From: Octopus vulgaris
Taxonomy: Eukaryota
DNA: 64,000 bases
NCBI GenBank assembly: GCA_951406725.2
Contig: OX597816.1
Span: 19,716,001-19,780,000 of the forward strand
Direction of reading: 5' to 3'
Shown here: positions 1 to 11,374 of the stretch, one piece after another
How the letters are laid out: each line of letters opens with the position of its first letter
Position numbering within the stretch: the stretch's first letter is position 1
The notes under the pieces: generated by a model
What the model was told of the DNA's origin: nothing
The model's database searches: none
Seen by the model: the letters and a program-made list of their open reading frames with translations, nothing else
Program-made: the position numbers and the translations under genes

Positions 1-54
<54 letters not shown>
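1..54. repeat. (TA)n microsatellite
   Basis: Perfect TA dinucleotide run at the window start. Confidence 0.99.
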
Positions 55-58
<4 letters not shown>

Positions 59-255
59 AAGTTAATCCAAACATGAAAACAGAAAGAGAAAACACAACAA
101 CGCGAGGACGTGGAACAAATATAGTATTATTGGACGCTCAGGGAGGAAGGGAAGAAGGAGGGCTTAAGGTTTCGAGCGGAGCTCATCGTCGGAAACATAG
201 GAGAGGGAAAGATCCAGAGAAGGCAAGACAGAGGGAAAAAAATCGCCAACGGTAC
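55..255 (-). mobile_element. Short non-autonomous Penelope-like (pLTR-type) element carrying a degenerate minimal hammerhead motif
   Basis: Bounded by (TA)n and (TA/TATG)n. The minus strand reads GTTT-CCGACGA-T-GAGC-TCC-GCTC-GAAAC-CTT-AAG. The downstream sequence (cctgagcgt..taatac..ttgtt) resembles the element at 22490-22650. Confidence 0.55.
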
Positions 256-380
256 ATATATATGTGTGTATGCATGTATATATGTATGCATGCATGTATG
301 TAGGTATGTATGTATGTATGTATGCATGTATGTATGTATGTATGTATGTATGTATGTATTTATGTATGTATGTATGTATG
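256..380. repeat. (TATG)n microsatellite
   Basis: Tandem TATG/TGTA units. Confidence 0.97.
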
Positions 381-614
381 TGAACATGGATGCTGGAGGA
401 ATACGTGACCTTATTTTAGACGCTTCATTGAAACTTCAAATGTATGTAAATTATTTATTGACGTACAAAACATACTCATACGGTTCTAATCAAATTTTCA
501 GGTTGTATAAATGGCTTTCCCTTGGGATATTCCTAATTTAATAAAAATTTTATTAATATATTGAAAGGAGAAATTACATCCAACATTCAAAATCACATGC
601 GCAGAATCTAACTT

Positions 615-651
615 TAATAATAATAATAATGATGATGTTGATGATGATGAC

Positions 652-687
<36 letters not shown>

Positions 688-790
688 TAATAATATTCAT
701 AATATTGCTAATAACAATGATAGCAATAATAATAATGTGCATACATATTACATATATATAATTATATATATATACATATATATGTATATA

Positions 791-842
<52 letters not shown>

Positions 843-900
843 TATCTACATATACACGCATACACATACGCACACACATTCATTTATATATATATATATA
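615..900. repeat. Compound (AAT)n/(GAT)n and (TA)n/(CA)n microsatellite
   Basis: Directly visible simple repeats. Confidence 0.95.
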
Positions 901-1374
901 AGCATTTGGCCAGTCTTTAATGTAATCGTAGCATATATGTGTATGAAATTGTGTGTAGGTCTGTTTGTGAGATTGTGTTGGTATGCCGTGTGATTTTATT
1001 TCTGAGTGTGCCTGTATAAGATATGCGAATATGCAACGTTGCATATAATCGCAAAGTTGCATATATATATATATATATTGTAAAGACTTATAGAAGAATA
1101 TTTATAGTATAATATAATATATCTGTATTATTTCTTCCCGAGTTAAGAATCACGCCAACAATCTAATAAATGTGGTAACAGCTGCTAGATTTTAATGTAT
1201 TTTCCACGAATAAGTAACAAACAGCGAAAGACATTAGAAATGGACAGACAGACAGACAGACATATAGATATATAAATAGATAGATAGATATAGAAATGAA
1301 TATGCATAACATTGTGAACACACAGAATCATGTGCACATCCATACATGCATATATGTATATGTATGTATGCATG

Positions 1375-1432
<58 letters not shown>

Positions 1433-1437
<5 letters not shown>

Positions 1438-1640
1438 AAGACCCCCTTCGGTCATGAACGACCATGGGATTGCACCTAGAAAGTTACCCTCCTAGACACA
1501 AGTCCGGGCAAGGTTGTTTATGGAAGACCAGCAGTCGCCCATGCATACCAGCCTCCCCTCTCCACGCCACCAGTGTTATCCAAGGGAAAGACGAAGGTCG
1601 ATACAGCTTGGCACCAGTGACTTCGCAACTCATTTCTACA
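1433..1640 (-). mobile_element. 3' portion of a SINE-like retroposon
   Basis: GC-rich island. The minus strand ends ...ggtcgttcatgaccgaagggggtctttaccc, directly followed by (TA)n. No ORF. Family not assigned. Confidence 0.5.
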
Positions 1641-1641
1641 G

Positions 1642-1711
1642 ATATGACTAATTTAGAGACGAACCACCATTCCACAACTCATTCAGTTGTTCGTATCTAA
1701 ATTAGTTATAT
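1642..1711. repeat. 23-bp inverted repeat (hairpin)
   Basis: atatgactaatttagagacgaac (1642-1664) pairs with gttcgtatctaaattagttatat (1689-1711), with 2 mismatches. Confidence 0.85.
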
Positions 1712-2109
1712 GCATATATTATATATTATATATTACGAAATTCGGTCTATTATTATTATACTGAATTTTACATTTAAGGCTGGAATAATAATGTATTCTC
1801 TAATATCATTATATATATATATATATACACCTATATATGAAGCTAGCCTTAGCAAACATATTTTGTGTTTTGCTAGAAAGAAGCAGAAACCGCGGTTCGA
1901 GTTAAAGTTATCGGTAAACGTTTTTGATTTTCACTCTCGATAAATTCATCCCCTTTTTGTGTTCCCAGCACTCGGCATCTTAATTTAGGAGCCCTTAATT
2001 GTATAACTACATGAATAATATTTTTCTATATGAATAATATTTTTGTGTTATGACTAATTCGTCTTTTGTGCTGGGCACCTGGTAGTAAATAATATTACTA
2101 CCCTTCATG

Positions 2110-2113
<4 letters not shown>

Positions 2114-2174
<61 letters not shown>

Positions 2175-2176
2175 GC

Positions 2177-2218
<42 letters not shown>

Positions 2219-2316
2219 ATGTATATGTATATATACACACATATATATATATATCTGTTTATATATATATACATGTATACATATATATATATATATGTAT
2301 ACATATATATATATAT
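2114..2316. repeat. (TA)n-rich microsatellite flanking the LINE 5' end
   Basis: Interrupted TA run. Confidence 0.97.
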
Positions 2317-2318
2317 GT

Positions 2319-2836
2319 TCTAAATACTGTCCTAAATACAGAGTCCATGTGGTCCTGATACCAAATATGGATGCACAAAATGCAATGGATGCACCTTGTT
2401 CCATCCTAAACTGTGCCAAACTTCTGTCTCATAAAGAATGTGCCTGAACCCAGTATGCAACCACCACCATCTGAAGGGCATAAAACGATCGCAAAATAAA
2501 TATAAACAGCAACAGAGGAAATCTACGACAACAACAAGAACAAAATACAACCACGTTTCCTCTCCTTCAATCAAACAACGTAGACAGAACAATGAATAAA
2601 CCATAACACCAAATAACACCAACATGAAATATGTATCCTCTGACCAAGTGGCAAACCAAAGAGGTAACTCTTTTTTACTGACTTACCTAGAAAATATGAA
2701 GGTCGACCAGAGCCAGGAGATCCAACGAGCTATCAGCAACCACCTATGCAAATCGCAAGGACCACACACCCACTACCAACAAGAAAATCATACACACACA
2801 GCTCCATACAAGTACAACCCACATTGTTACCACTGA
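2319..2836 (+). pseudogene. LINE ORF1 remnant with tandem CCCH-type zinc fingers
   Basis: Manual translation gives KYCPKYRVH/(frameshift ~2349)[45 protein letters not shown]..., continuing in frame (one further stop) into ORF 2624-2836 (SFLLTYLENMKVDQSQEIQRAI). Confidence 0.7.
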
Positions 2837-5811
2837 ACAACATAAAACATAACTCAGAACAATGCAAACATCATGCTCCCCTTACCTCGACATTCCTGTT
2901 AAATGTACGTGGCATCAACCCATCAATTATTGCCCAAAAATGGAAGATCCCATATATAGAAAGTTGGCTTGCCGAAACGGCACATTGCTTCCCTTTCTTT
3001 ATCCTTACCGAGACTCACCTGAACAACACCCATATGGACGCCGAGGTGAAAGTAAAAGCTTTCACCATTGTTCGTGCGGATCGTACAGACCGAAATAAGG
3101 GAGGGACAGCCATCTTTATCCATGACTCATTTTCACTTGACATATTTTCCAATGGCTAATGTGAATCGGTATCACTATTCAGCAAGGCCAAGGACATAAT
3201 CATTGTTGGTCTTTACAGGCCTCTCCAAGAACTTCTAAAGTGTTTGAAGAGTGCCTTAGCAAAGTCAAGTCATTCCTTCGGAAGTACCATTCCAGAAACA
3301 TACTTGTGATGGGTGATTTTAACCTCCCTCATGTGAACTGGCCCACAAATACTCTGAAGTTAGGCAAATGCTCTACATCAGATAGAGCAGCAGCAGAACT
3401 GCTCTTTAATCTAATGGATGAATACTTCCTGACTCAGCTTGTGCTCGAACCAACGAGACAGAATAAATCGATCTTGGATCTGGTATTGACCAATCACTCT
3501 AGCTTCGTTCACAGTATTTCAGTTGAAAAAACTCTCCTCTCAGACCACGACATGGTACTCTGCAATTTTAATTCCCGACATATAAAAACCAAATCAGCCA
3601 ATCCCACTCCATGGCACTCATTTGACAATATAAACTTCCACAAAGCGGACTGGGGAGCAATCAGAAAGGATCTGTCTTTCATCGACTGGTCTTTTACTCT
3701 CAATTCAACCTATATTGAGACCGCTTGGCAGTACTTTGAAAACATTGTCACCTATACATGCTCTAAACACGCTCCCACGAAATCTACTAACACAAACAGA
3801 AACCGGCTCCCTAAAAAGAAAAAAAAAAACACTCATCAGGCGCATCAAAAGACTCAACAAAAAAATCAACCAATTGAAATATTCCCACATACAACATCCA
3901 CATTCAACAACAATGAAAAGGCTAGAGCTGGAAAAACCTCATCTGCAGACCGACATGAAAACCTCCATTGAAAATCAAAGAGCTGTGGAGGAAAAGTGGC
4001 TAATCAAAAACATCAAACAGAACCCAAAAGTGTTCTATTCTTATGCAAGAACCACTGTCTCACCCATTGGGCCATTGATTGATGATAACGGCATTCCTCA
4101 ACACGATGCTAAAGAAATAGCAGAAATACTGCAGAAACAATACTGCTCTGTCTTTAGTGTTCCCACTGATATTGACGTAAGGGAAACGAACGAAGTTGAC
4201 TCCCAACATAAAATCTCAGACATAACCTTCACTGCTACTGACATCGTAGCAGCAATAAATGAGATCAAACATTACTCTGCTGTAGGGCCTGATAGATTCC
4301 CCGCTAGTCTCCTGAAGGAATGTAGACACCAACTTGCAGTCCCTCTGACCAACCTCTGGAGAAATTCGTTAGACGCAGGTTATATACCGAAACAGTTTCT
4401 ATCCCAGTCAGTCATCCCGGTTTTCAAACAGGGAAACAGATCCCTTGCACTCAACTATCGCCCAATCTCACTCACCTCCCACATCATTAAGGTGTTTGAA
4501 AGAGTGTTAAGATCAAGGATAGCTGACTTCCTGGAGACCCACAAACTCCTAAATGCAAATCAGAATGGTTTTCGCTGTGGCATGGACTGTCTAACGCAGT
4601 TCTTACACCACATTGAAGATTTACTCAAAGCCTTGGGAACAGGTTCGAACTCTGATGTCATATATCTTGACTTCAGTAAAGCGTTTGACAGGGTAGACCA
4701 TAATATCCTACTCTCAAAATTGGCAAATGTTGGAATCCGTGGAAAAGTTCTACACTGGATTAAGTATTTCCTGGCGAATAGAACACAACATGTTGTAGTT
4801 GATGGAGTCCACTCAAGCCCAGCAAAACTCGCAAGCGGTGTCCCCCAGGGAGCTGTCTTGGGTCCGCTACTCTTCATAATTTACAAAAACGACCTTTCCA
4901 GTGTCGTACATTACTGCAAAGTGAAAACATTTGCTGATGACACTAAGCCCCAGCAAATCGTCAATGAAGAAGCAGACAGAACTCAAATCCAGTCTGATCT
5001 ATATGCTGTGAGTCAATGGGCAGACAGAAACAAAACGCAACTGAACGAGGGAAAATTTGAGCTGATGCATTTTGGAAGAAATTCTTCACTAAAACAGCCA
5101 TAATCTCTTCCTTCAGGGGAACCGCTCACAGCCTCTAACAATATCAGAGACCTGGGTGTAATTGTTGATGACGATCTCAGTTGGAGTGCACACATCAAGA
5201 AGGTCGATATATCTCTTAGGATGAGTTCCTGTATCTTAAGAACTTTCCGGTCCAGAGAACAAGGTGTCATCATACCACTTTTCTCCTCCTTTGTACGGCC
5301 ACACCTCCAATACTGCTGCCCACTGTGGTCTCCCCATACACGACAAAACATCTCGACGATTGAATCACCCCAGAGGGCACTCACTAAACGAATTGAAGGC
5401 ATGGCTGCTCTCGATTATTGGAATCGCCTTAAAGCCCTGAAACTCTACTCTCTCCAGCGTCGCCGTGAGCGGTACATCATTTGTACGATGTGGAGAATAT
5501 ACCGCCAACTTTGTCCAAACGACCTTAGCATTAGCTTCAAGGTTCATCCAAGACTGGGACCACTGGCCATACGTCCCCAGCCCAATTCAAGATCACAGCA
5601 TACATGTACACTGCAGCATAATTTCTTTTCCTCAACAGGCCCTGCCCTATTTAACATTGTCCCGAAAGAGATCAAAGAGGAAAAGGATCCCATCAACTTT
5701 AAACGGAGTCTGGATAGATTCCTTCAAAGAATTCCAGATAAGCCACCCATAATTGGATACAACTCACCCAACAAAAACTCACTACTTGAATGGGCCATAA
5801 AAAAAACTTGA
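2746..5811 (+). pseudogene. LINE ORF2 (APE endonuclease + reverse transcriptase), inactivated
   Basis: ORFs 2746-3159, 3240-3971, 3715-5103 and 5221-5811 join into one polyprotein. Lesions: stop at 3157, frameshift at ~3230, frameshift in the A-run at ~3813-3829, stop at 5101. FADD motif at 4930-4941. The exact start codon is uncertain. Confidence 0.93.
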
Positions 5812-5899
5812 CTTAAACAGGATTCGAATAATCCTACCAGGTGGTGCTATTAACTTAGACATGGCCTGGACCAATCTTTGGTCGAAACATATCTAAGTT

Positions 5900-5900
<1 letters not shown>

Positions 5901-5989
<89 letters not shown>

Positions 5990-6075
5990 CATACATACAT
6001 ATATATATATATATACATACATATATATATATAAACATATATATATATATACATATACACATACACACACATACA
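5901..6075. repeat. (TA)n/(CA)n microsatellite at the LINE 3' end
   Basis: Simple repeat. Confidence 0.97.
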
Positions 6076-6438
6076 TGTAGATATGCGTGTGGAGGTGTTA
6101 TATATGAAATGTCTCTTGTTACTGGACTATGGGATTAAACGTTGCTTCTATTCGAGAATCTTGTTGAAAATAATTAAAATAAGAAATGACTGCTGTAATG
6201 ATATTGATTTCTCTTGGCAAATACCTTGATATTATTAAAAATGTATATAACCCAATTACTGACAAGAACAAGCGACAGTAATAATGCCCTTCATTCATTT
6301 ATGTAATGTAATTTATGAGATGACTGCCAGATAATTCTGCTATAAATCTTAAACAACATCGTTTCAATGGAAATATAATTTGTATTTTAATTTCTCAAAA
6401 CGTTTCCAGTAACATTAGATATTTTTCTATTTCAAATC

Positions 6439-6470
<32 letters not shown>

Positions 6471-6577
6471 ACTACTACTACTACTACTACTACTGATAAT
6501 AGTAGAGATAATAAAAAATAATAATAATATAATAAAGATAAAATCAATGATACTAAAATAATAATAATAATAATAAT

Positions 6578-6639
<62 letters not shown>

Positions 6640-6659
6640 GGATAATAATAATAATAATG

Positions 6660-6704
<45 letters not shown>

Positions 6705-6746
6705 TCGATAATAACAATAATAATGATAATATTAATAATAATAATG

Positions 6747-6790
<44 letters not shown>

Positions 6791-6815
6791 GATAATAATA
6801 ATAATAATAATCATA
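6439..6815. repeat. (GCT)n-(ACT)n-(AAT)n compound trinucleotide microsatellite
   Basis: Simple repeats. Confidence 0.97.
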
Positions 6816-6818
6816 ATG

Positions 6819-7350
6819 AATGCCCTGATGCAGTACCAGGCATTGGCTTTCATGGCTCTTTATCTTACCTAATTGGGAGTGTTATCATATACATTGTTTT
6901 GTCTTGGTATAAAAGATGGGTTACAGCAAATATTCTACTCAATACCACAGATTTGCTTGTCTGTTGTTTGACCTTAACCAGTTGAGCATGTCCCTTAGTG
7001 GCTGACAATATGTGCAATGAGATCACGAGCAGAAGTTGTGGGGGAGCATCATAGCCATGTGGTGATAGCAATTTTTTTTGAGGGGGAGGGAGCTTAAATA
7101 ATTCATATCTGAAAATATGGGTGTTTCGTACAAGATCCTTAAACAAACCTTATTTAAGGAACTTTTGACCTGTATGGGCTATTCGACCTGAAAAAAATTC
7201 CAACTAGGCCCCCACCTGCAAGTCCATGCACTGGTAGTCTTGATATGAGATTACCATATCGCGCACATATGGTCGTAATGCATATAGCTAATGTGCCATT
7301 ATCAGACGGGCATTTATGATGAGTATAGTAGGTTTCATTATTTTAACCCA
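6819..7350 (-). mobile_element. Unclassified interspersed repeat (copy 1 of 3), abutting (AAT)n
   Basis: Shares blocks (tacagcaaata..ttgaccttaaccagt..ggctgacaatatg..ggggagcatcata..cacctgcaag) with 36612-36932 on the same strand and with 33968-34380 on the opposite strand. Confidence 0.75.
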
Positions 7351-7899
7351 GAGTCACTTTGATGGAATGCACAGCTCTCTCCCTCAGTAATAATCAGTAA
7401 TATTGATACGCTTAGTTTTGTTTCTTTTGTATGTACCTGTGGGGTGTGTGTCATACTTACTTCAAAGGAAGAGATTAACAGGTTGAAGAGCGACGGACAA
7501 GGAAAACAGAGATATAAGGGTATTAAGCAGAGTGGCAGTAAGTGGCAAAGCGGGAGGCAGGGGAGACACAGAAGCAGAGGAAGTATAGTTGAAGTGAGAG
7601 GCGAAGCGGCAAAGAGGGAGAGGTAAGAAGGAACGAGAGAGAGAGAGGGAGAGAGAGACGGGGGAAGTGATATCGAAGAGAGATAAAACAAAAGAACGAG
7701 TGAAACGGGGGAAATGTAACGCGTTAAACGCAGAGGGACAGTTAGGGAAAGGAGACATAGAGACGAAAAAGGTGAGGGAGGAGGAAAAAGAGATTTACAA
7801 AGATTGAGAGAAGGAAGGGAGTGGATAGAGAATAATATTGAAAATACGGAAAACTTACCGTTTTCGACGATATATGATAATTGCACAAATAAATGTTGC

Positions 7900-8034
<135 letters not shown>

Positions 8035-8480
8035 AAAAGTAAAAAAATATATACAAACTGGGACAAGAACGTGAAACACCTAGAAGACGACACAAGAACC
8101 ACAGGACGGGACATTCGAAGCCCTCAGTCATCAGTCAAGAACCGGATCGTCTTCGCAATTTCGGCTGATTAATCTTGAGATTGCTCCGACCTGGGCAACC
8201 CCCAAGGGAAATCTAAGCCAAACGCTTTAGATCCCTTGGAAGAAAGCTTCGAATGTATACAACACAAGGACGGAAAACGGACGATGTATACGAATAAAAA
8301 TACAAAAATACGTGAAAACAATAAGGAAAGCACGAATAAGAATACAAAAACGTAAAAATAATAATGGTAAGGATAAAAACAAAACCAGGATGTAGGACAA
8401 GGGTCTTTCGACAGGACGAGTTGAGTTTGGGACTGGCTTGTAGAGTTGTACCTTATGGCCACGGGAGACAAACAAAAACA
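8035..8480 (-). mobile_element. Short non-coding element inserted between (TA)n tracts, unclassified (possibly Penelope-pLTR-like)
   Basis: Higher-GC island bounded by TA runs on both sides, with no credible ORF. Confidence 0.4.
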
Positions 8481-9084
8481 TATATATATATACATATATC
8501 CAGTTATTCTGTCTGTTTGCCTCTCTCTCTAAAACACACACACACACACTCTCTCTTTCTCAGGCAATAGCTGTAGATGTTATTGTTACTTTTCTACATT
8601 TAGACCGATGCAATTTCGAAATAAAAGTAGATGCATAGCTGCTCAAAGGAAAAATAGCTACATAGATCGAAAGAAAAGTAGATACATAGATACATACACA
8701 CATTGTAAAAATTAAAAGCGGCGGAGAGGTGGGATGCAGAGGAAACGAGAGAAAAAGAGAGAAAGTAAGCGAGACAGTAAATACATTGATCGAAAGAAAA
8801 GTTGATACATAGATACATAGATACATAGATATATAGATACGTTTTTAATACAGCAAATATTGTATGCCATTACCACACGAGAATAAAATTAACTCGCAAG
8901 TGACTGAGTACTCCACAGACATACATAACATTACCGTAATTCTCAGGATGTGACAAGGCTGGTCCCTTTCAATTGCTACAACTCATTTTGGAAGCTGAGT
9001 GGGCTGGAGCACGATAAACCTTCAATTGGTTGGACGAAAACGAGGTCCTAACAGCGGCATTTGTGAGTCTCAGAGAGTTGGAGG

Positions 9085-9202
9085 CCAAGTCCCCAGATAA
9101 TCTTGACAACTGATATTGGTGTGTTTGCGTCCCCATAATTTAGCTGTTCAGGAGAAGAGACTGATGGAATAAGCACCTGGTGCCATTTTCTTCGACTAAA
9201 GG
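9085..9202 (+). mobile_element. SINE family B, degenerate 3' fragment
   Basis: ttgacaactgatattggtgtgtttgcgtcccc..gactgatggaataag..cgactaaagg matches the family B copies. Confidence 0.6.
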
Positions 9203-9243
9203 ATGGTTATACAGTTCTATATTTCAGAGATGAATTATATACG

Positions 9244-9414
9244 TTATTTACATTATTTACATTTGACGGATATTTATCCTCATCTTGTTTGTTGTTATCA
9301 CAAAGTTTCGTCTGATATACCCTCCAGCCTTGTTCAGGTGTCTTGGGGGACATTTCTAACCTGTTTTCTCCTTCCTAGGGTACTTTTCGACGTTATTATT
9401 ATTATTATTATTAA

Positions 9415-9448
<34 letters not shown>

Positions 9449-9452
9449 GTTG

Positions 9453-9496
<44 letters not shown>

Positions 9497-9662
9497 TTGT
9501 TGTTGTTGTTGTCATGTCACTACTACCTGGAATCGAACTCGGAATCTTGGTGATAGTAGCTGCGCTCTTAGCCACTAAGCCATATGCCCGTGGCCCTAAA
9601 CTTTGTGTTAACAAGAAACATGACGAGGACAAATATCCGTCGAATGTAAATAATGTAAATAA
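9244..9662 (-). mobile_element. Composite retroposon: tRNA-like Pol III head + (AAT)n + degenerate hammerhead, with ~65-bp terminal inverted repeats
   Basis: Minus-strand A box TGGCTTAGTGG (9572-9582) and B box GTTCGATTCC (9529-9538). HHR-like motif cac-CTGAACA-a-ggctg..cagac-GAAAC-TTT-gtg (9297-9342). IR arms at 9244-9308 and 9598-9662. Confidence 0.7.
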
Positions 9663-10861
9663 TATAAACATAGAACTGTATCTCATAAGTACTTTAGTAT
9701 CTCAGTCCACATTATAATTTTACACTGCGCCATGTACTTCATGACAGGTAAAACGTTCAACATGTCTAGTAATGTCCTTGATTCTGAGCCGTCTTTTTAA
9801 TTTCCTTCAAGTCTGTACACATAACAGTTGTTTTTTCTAAGGGCTTAGCGTCACACCTTGTAATCATTATTTCAGTGTTACAAAGATTTTGTAAGTCTTT
9901 AGGATAACAGACATATTTTAGTTGTAAGATGTGTAGTAATGCCGACTGGGAAATATTCTGTTGCTTGGCTACGTCGCATTACCTTTCTGACATCATTTTC
10001 GAAAGAAACTCAAGTGCTCACTTTAGAGTTACCAGCAACATTTGGAAAATAAAACGAATTAATAATTTCGAGCTTCACGTCACCTTTACTTAACGACTCT
10101 TGTGTATTTATGCTGCCATTAAATCTAACTAATAAAGCCAATATTTGTTATTACATCAATAATTTTCTGCCATGTGTCATATGAAGGAGAGACAGAGTGT
10201 TTTCATTTATTTTACTGCGATATTTTCTTTTTCCTATAGATGTTATTTTCTCCTCTTGTCGTATTATTACTTTAATTTTTGTTTCCTTTTCACCTATTTT
10301 TGGTAATTTTTTGTTTTCATTTTGAGCAGAACATTCGTTTTAATTTCAAGAATAGTGATATAGTTTCATGCTGGCTAATTCCTTGATAAGTAGAAATATC
10401 AGTAAATCAAAGATAATGTTTGAAATTGTTTTCTCTTACGTTAATTTTTCCTCTTAGATATTTCCTTCATTAACGATGGGGATTATATATTATAATTAAC
10501 GTTCTGTATATAACAGCATGGTGGATTTCTAACGTGTTTACTTAGGTTTTACCTTCCCAGAAAACGTAGTTTTAAATTTCCTTCAGGTTTTATTTACTAC
10601 CTACAGTTCGTAAAAACAGGAGCAACTATATATGACGAATATATTCTTTTCGTGATTTCTTGGCTGTTATTCTTTCCTGTCTCTGCTTCAGATGTTTTTG
10701 TTTCTTCATATATACTCAGTTCTGTCATTTCCAAATTTATCCTAAAATTTCTATCAATTTAATGTTCTCTCCTAAAAGCATTATATTTTCCTTTTTATTC
10801 AGGACATGCTTCTATTGTGTATATTACGATCACATCTATTTTTCATAAGCGTCTTATAACT

Positions 10862-11168
10862 GGAGGCGCAATGGCCCAGTGGTTAGGGCAGCGGACTCGC
10901 GGTAGGAGGATCGTGGTTTCGATTCCCAGACCGAGCGTTGTGTTTATTTATTGAGCGAAAACACCCAAAAGCTCCACGAGGCTCCGACAGGGGGTGATAG
11001 CGACACCGGTTGTACTCTTTCGCCACAAATTTCTCTCACTCTCTCTCTCTCTTCCTGTTTCTTCAGTAACGCTGCAATGGACTGGCGTCCCGTCCAGCTG
11101 GGGTTAACACATACGCCACAGAAATCGGGAAACCGGGCCCATGAGCCTGGCTAGGCTTGAAAAGGGCG
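10862..11168 (+). mobile_element. tRNA-derived SINE family A (Octopus OR-like; V-domain-like body)
   Basis: Head ggaggcgcaatggcccagtggttagggcagc..ggtttcgattcccag with A/B boxes. The body motif gcaatggactggcgtcccgtccag resembles a V-SINE domain. Other copies at 13042, 26967 and 47970. Confidence 0.88.
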
Positions 11169-11374
11169 ACGTTTATCGTTTTTTATCTTGTAACTATATT
11201 AGAGTTTGTTCTATTTTGTGATTTACTTGGTTATATATGACTCTGATTTTCCGTTCACATACTCCATATATTAATTAAATTGTATCGATTGATCTTGCAT
11301 ACACGACATCATTTCCGCTACATATCTGAATGTTGTATTGTTTTCATTTTAAGTATATGGTTTCAATTCATATA

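Larger units (their letters stand above)
2317..5900 (+). mobile_element. CR1/L2-group (Jockey superfamily) non-LTR retrotransposon, 5'-truncated within ORF1 and disrupted
   Basis: ORF1 remnant, then an APE endonuclease (LNVRG, LTETHL, GGTAIF, YRP, MGDFNLP, LDLVL, SDH), an RT (NYRPISLTS, YLDFSKAFDRV, GVPQGAVLGPLLF, FADD), a C-terminus (YSLQRRRERY..GPALFN..IPDKP) and a short 3' UTR running into (TA)n. Confidence 0.95.

Noticed and set aside
3715-5103. Intact functional reverse transcriptase gene or prokaryotic RT system (retron, DGR)
   Set aside because: It is part of a frameshifted LINE ORF2 with an APE domain and premature stops.
8105-8190. Minus-strand CTGATGA (8127-8133) as a hammerhead core
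   Set aside because: It is followed by GAAT rather than GAAA and has no convincing stem II or III.
9525-9590. tRNA gene
   Set aside because: A and B boxes are present, but there is no complete cloverleaf or acceptor stem. It is a retroposon head, as are those at 10862, 13329 and 26967.
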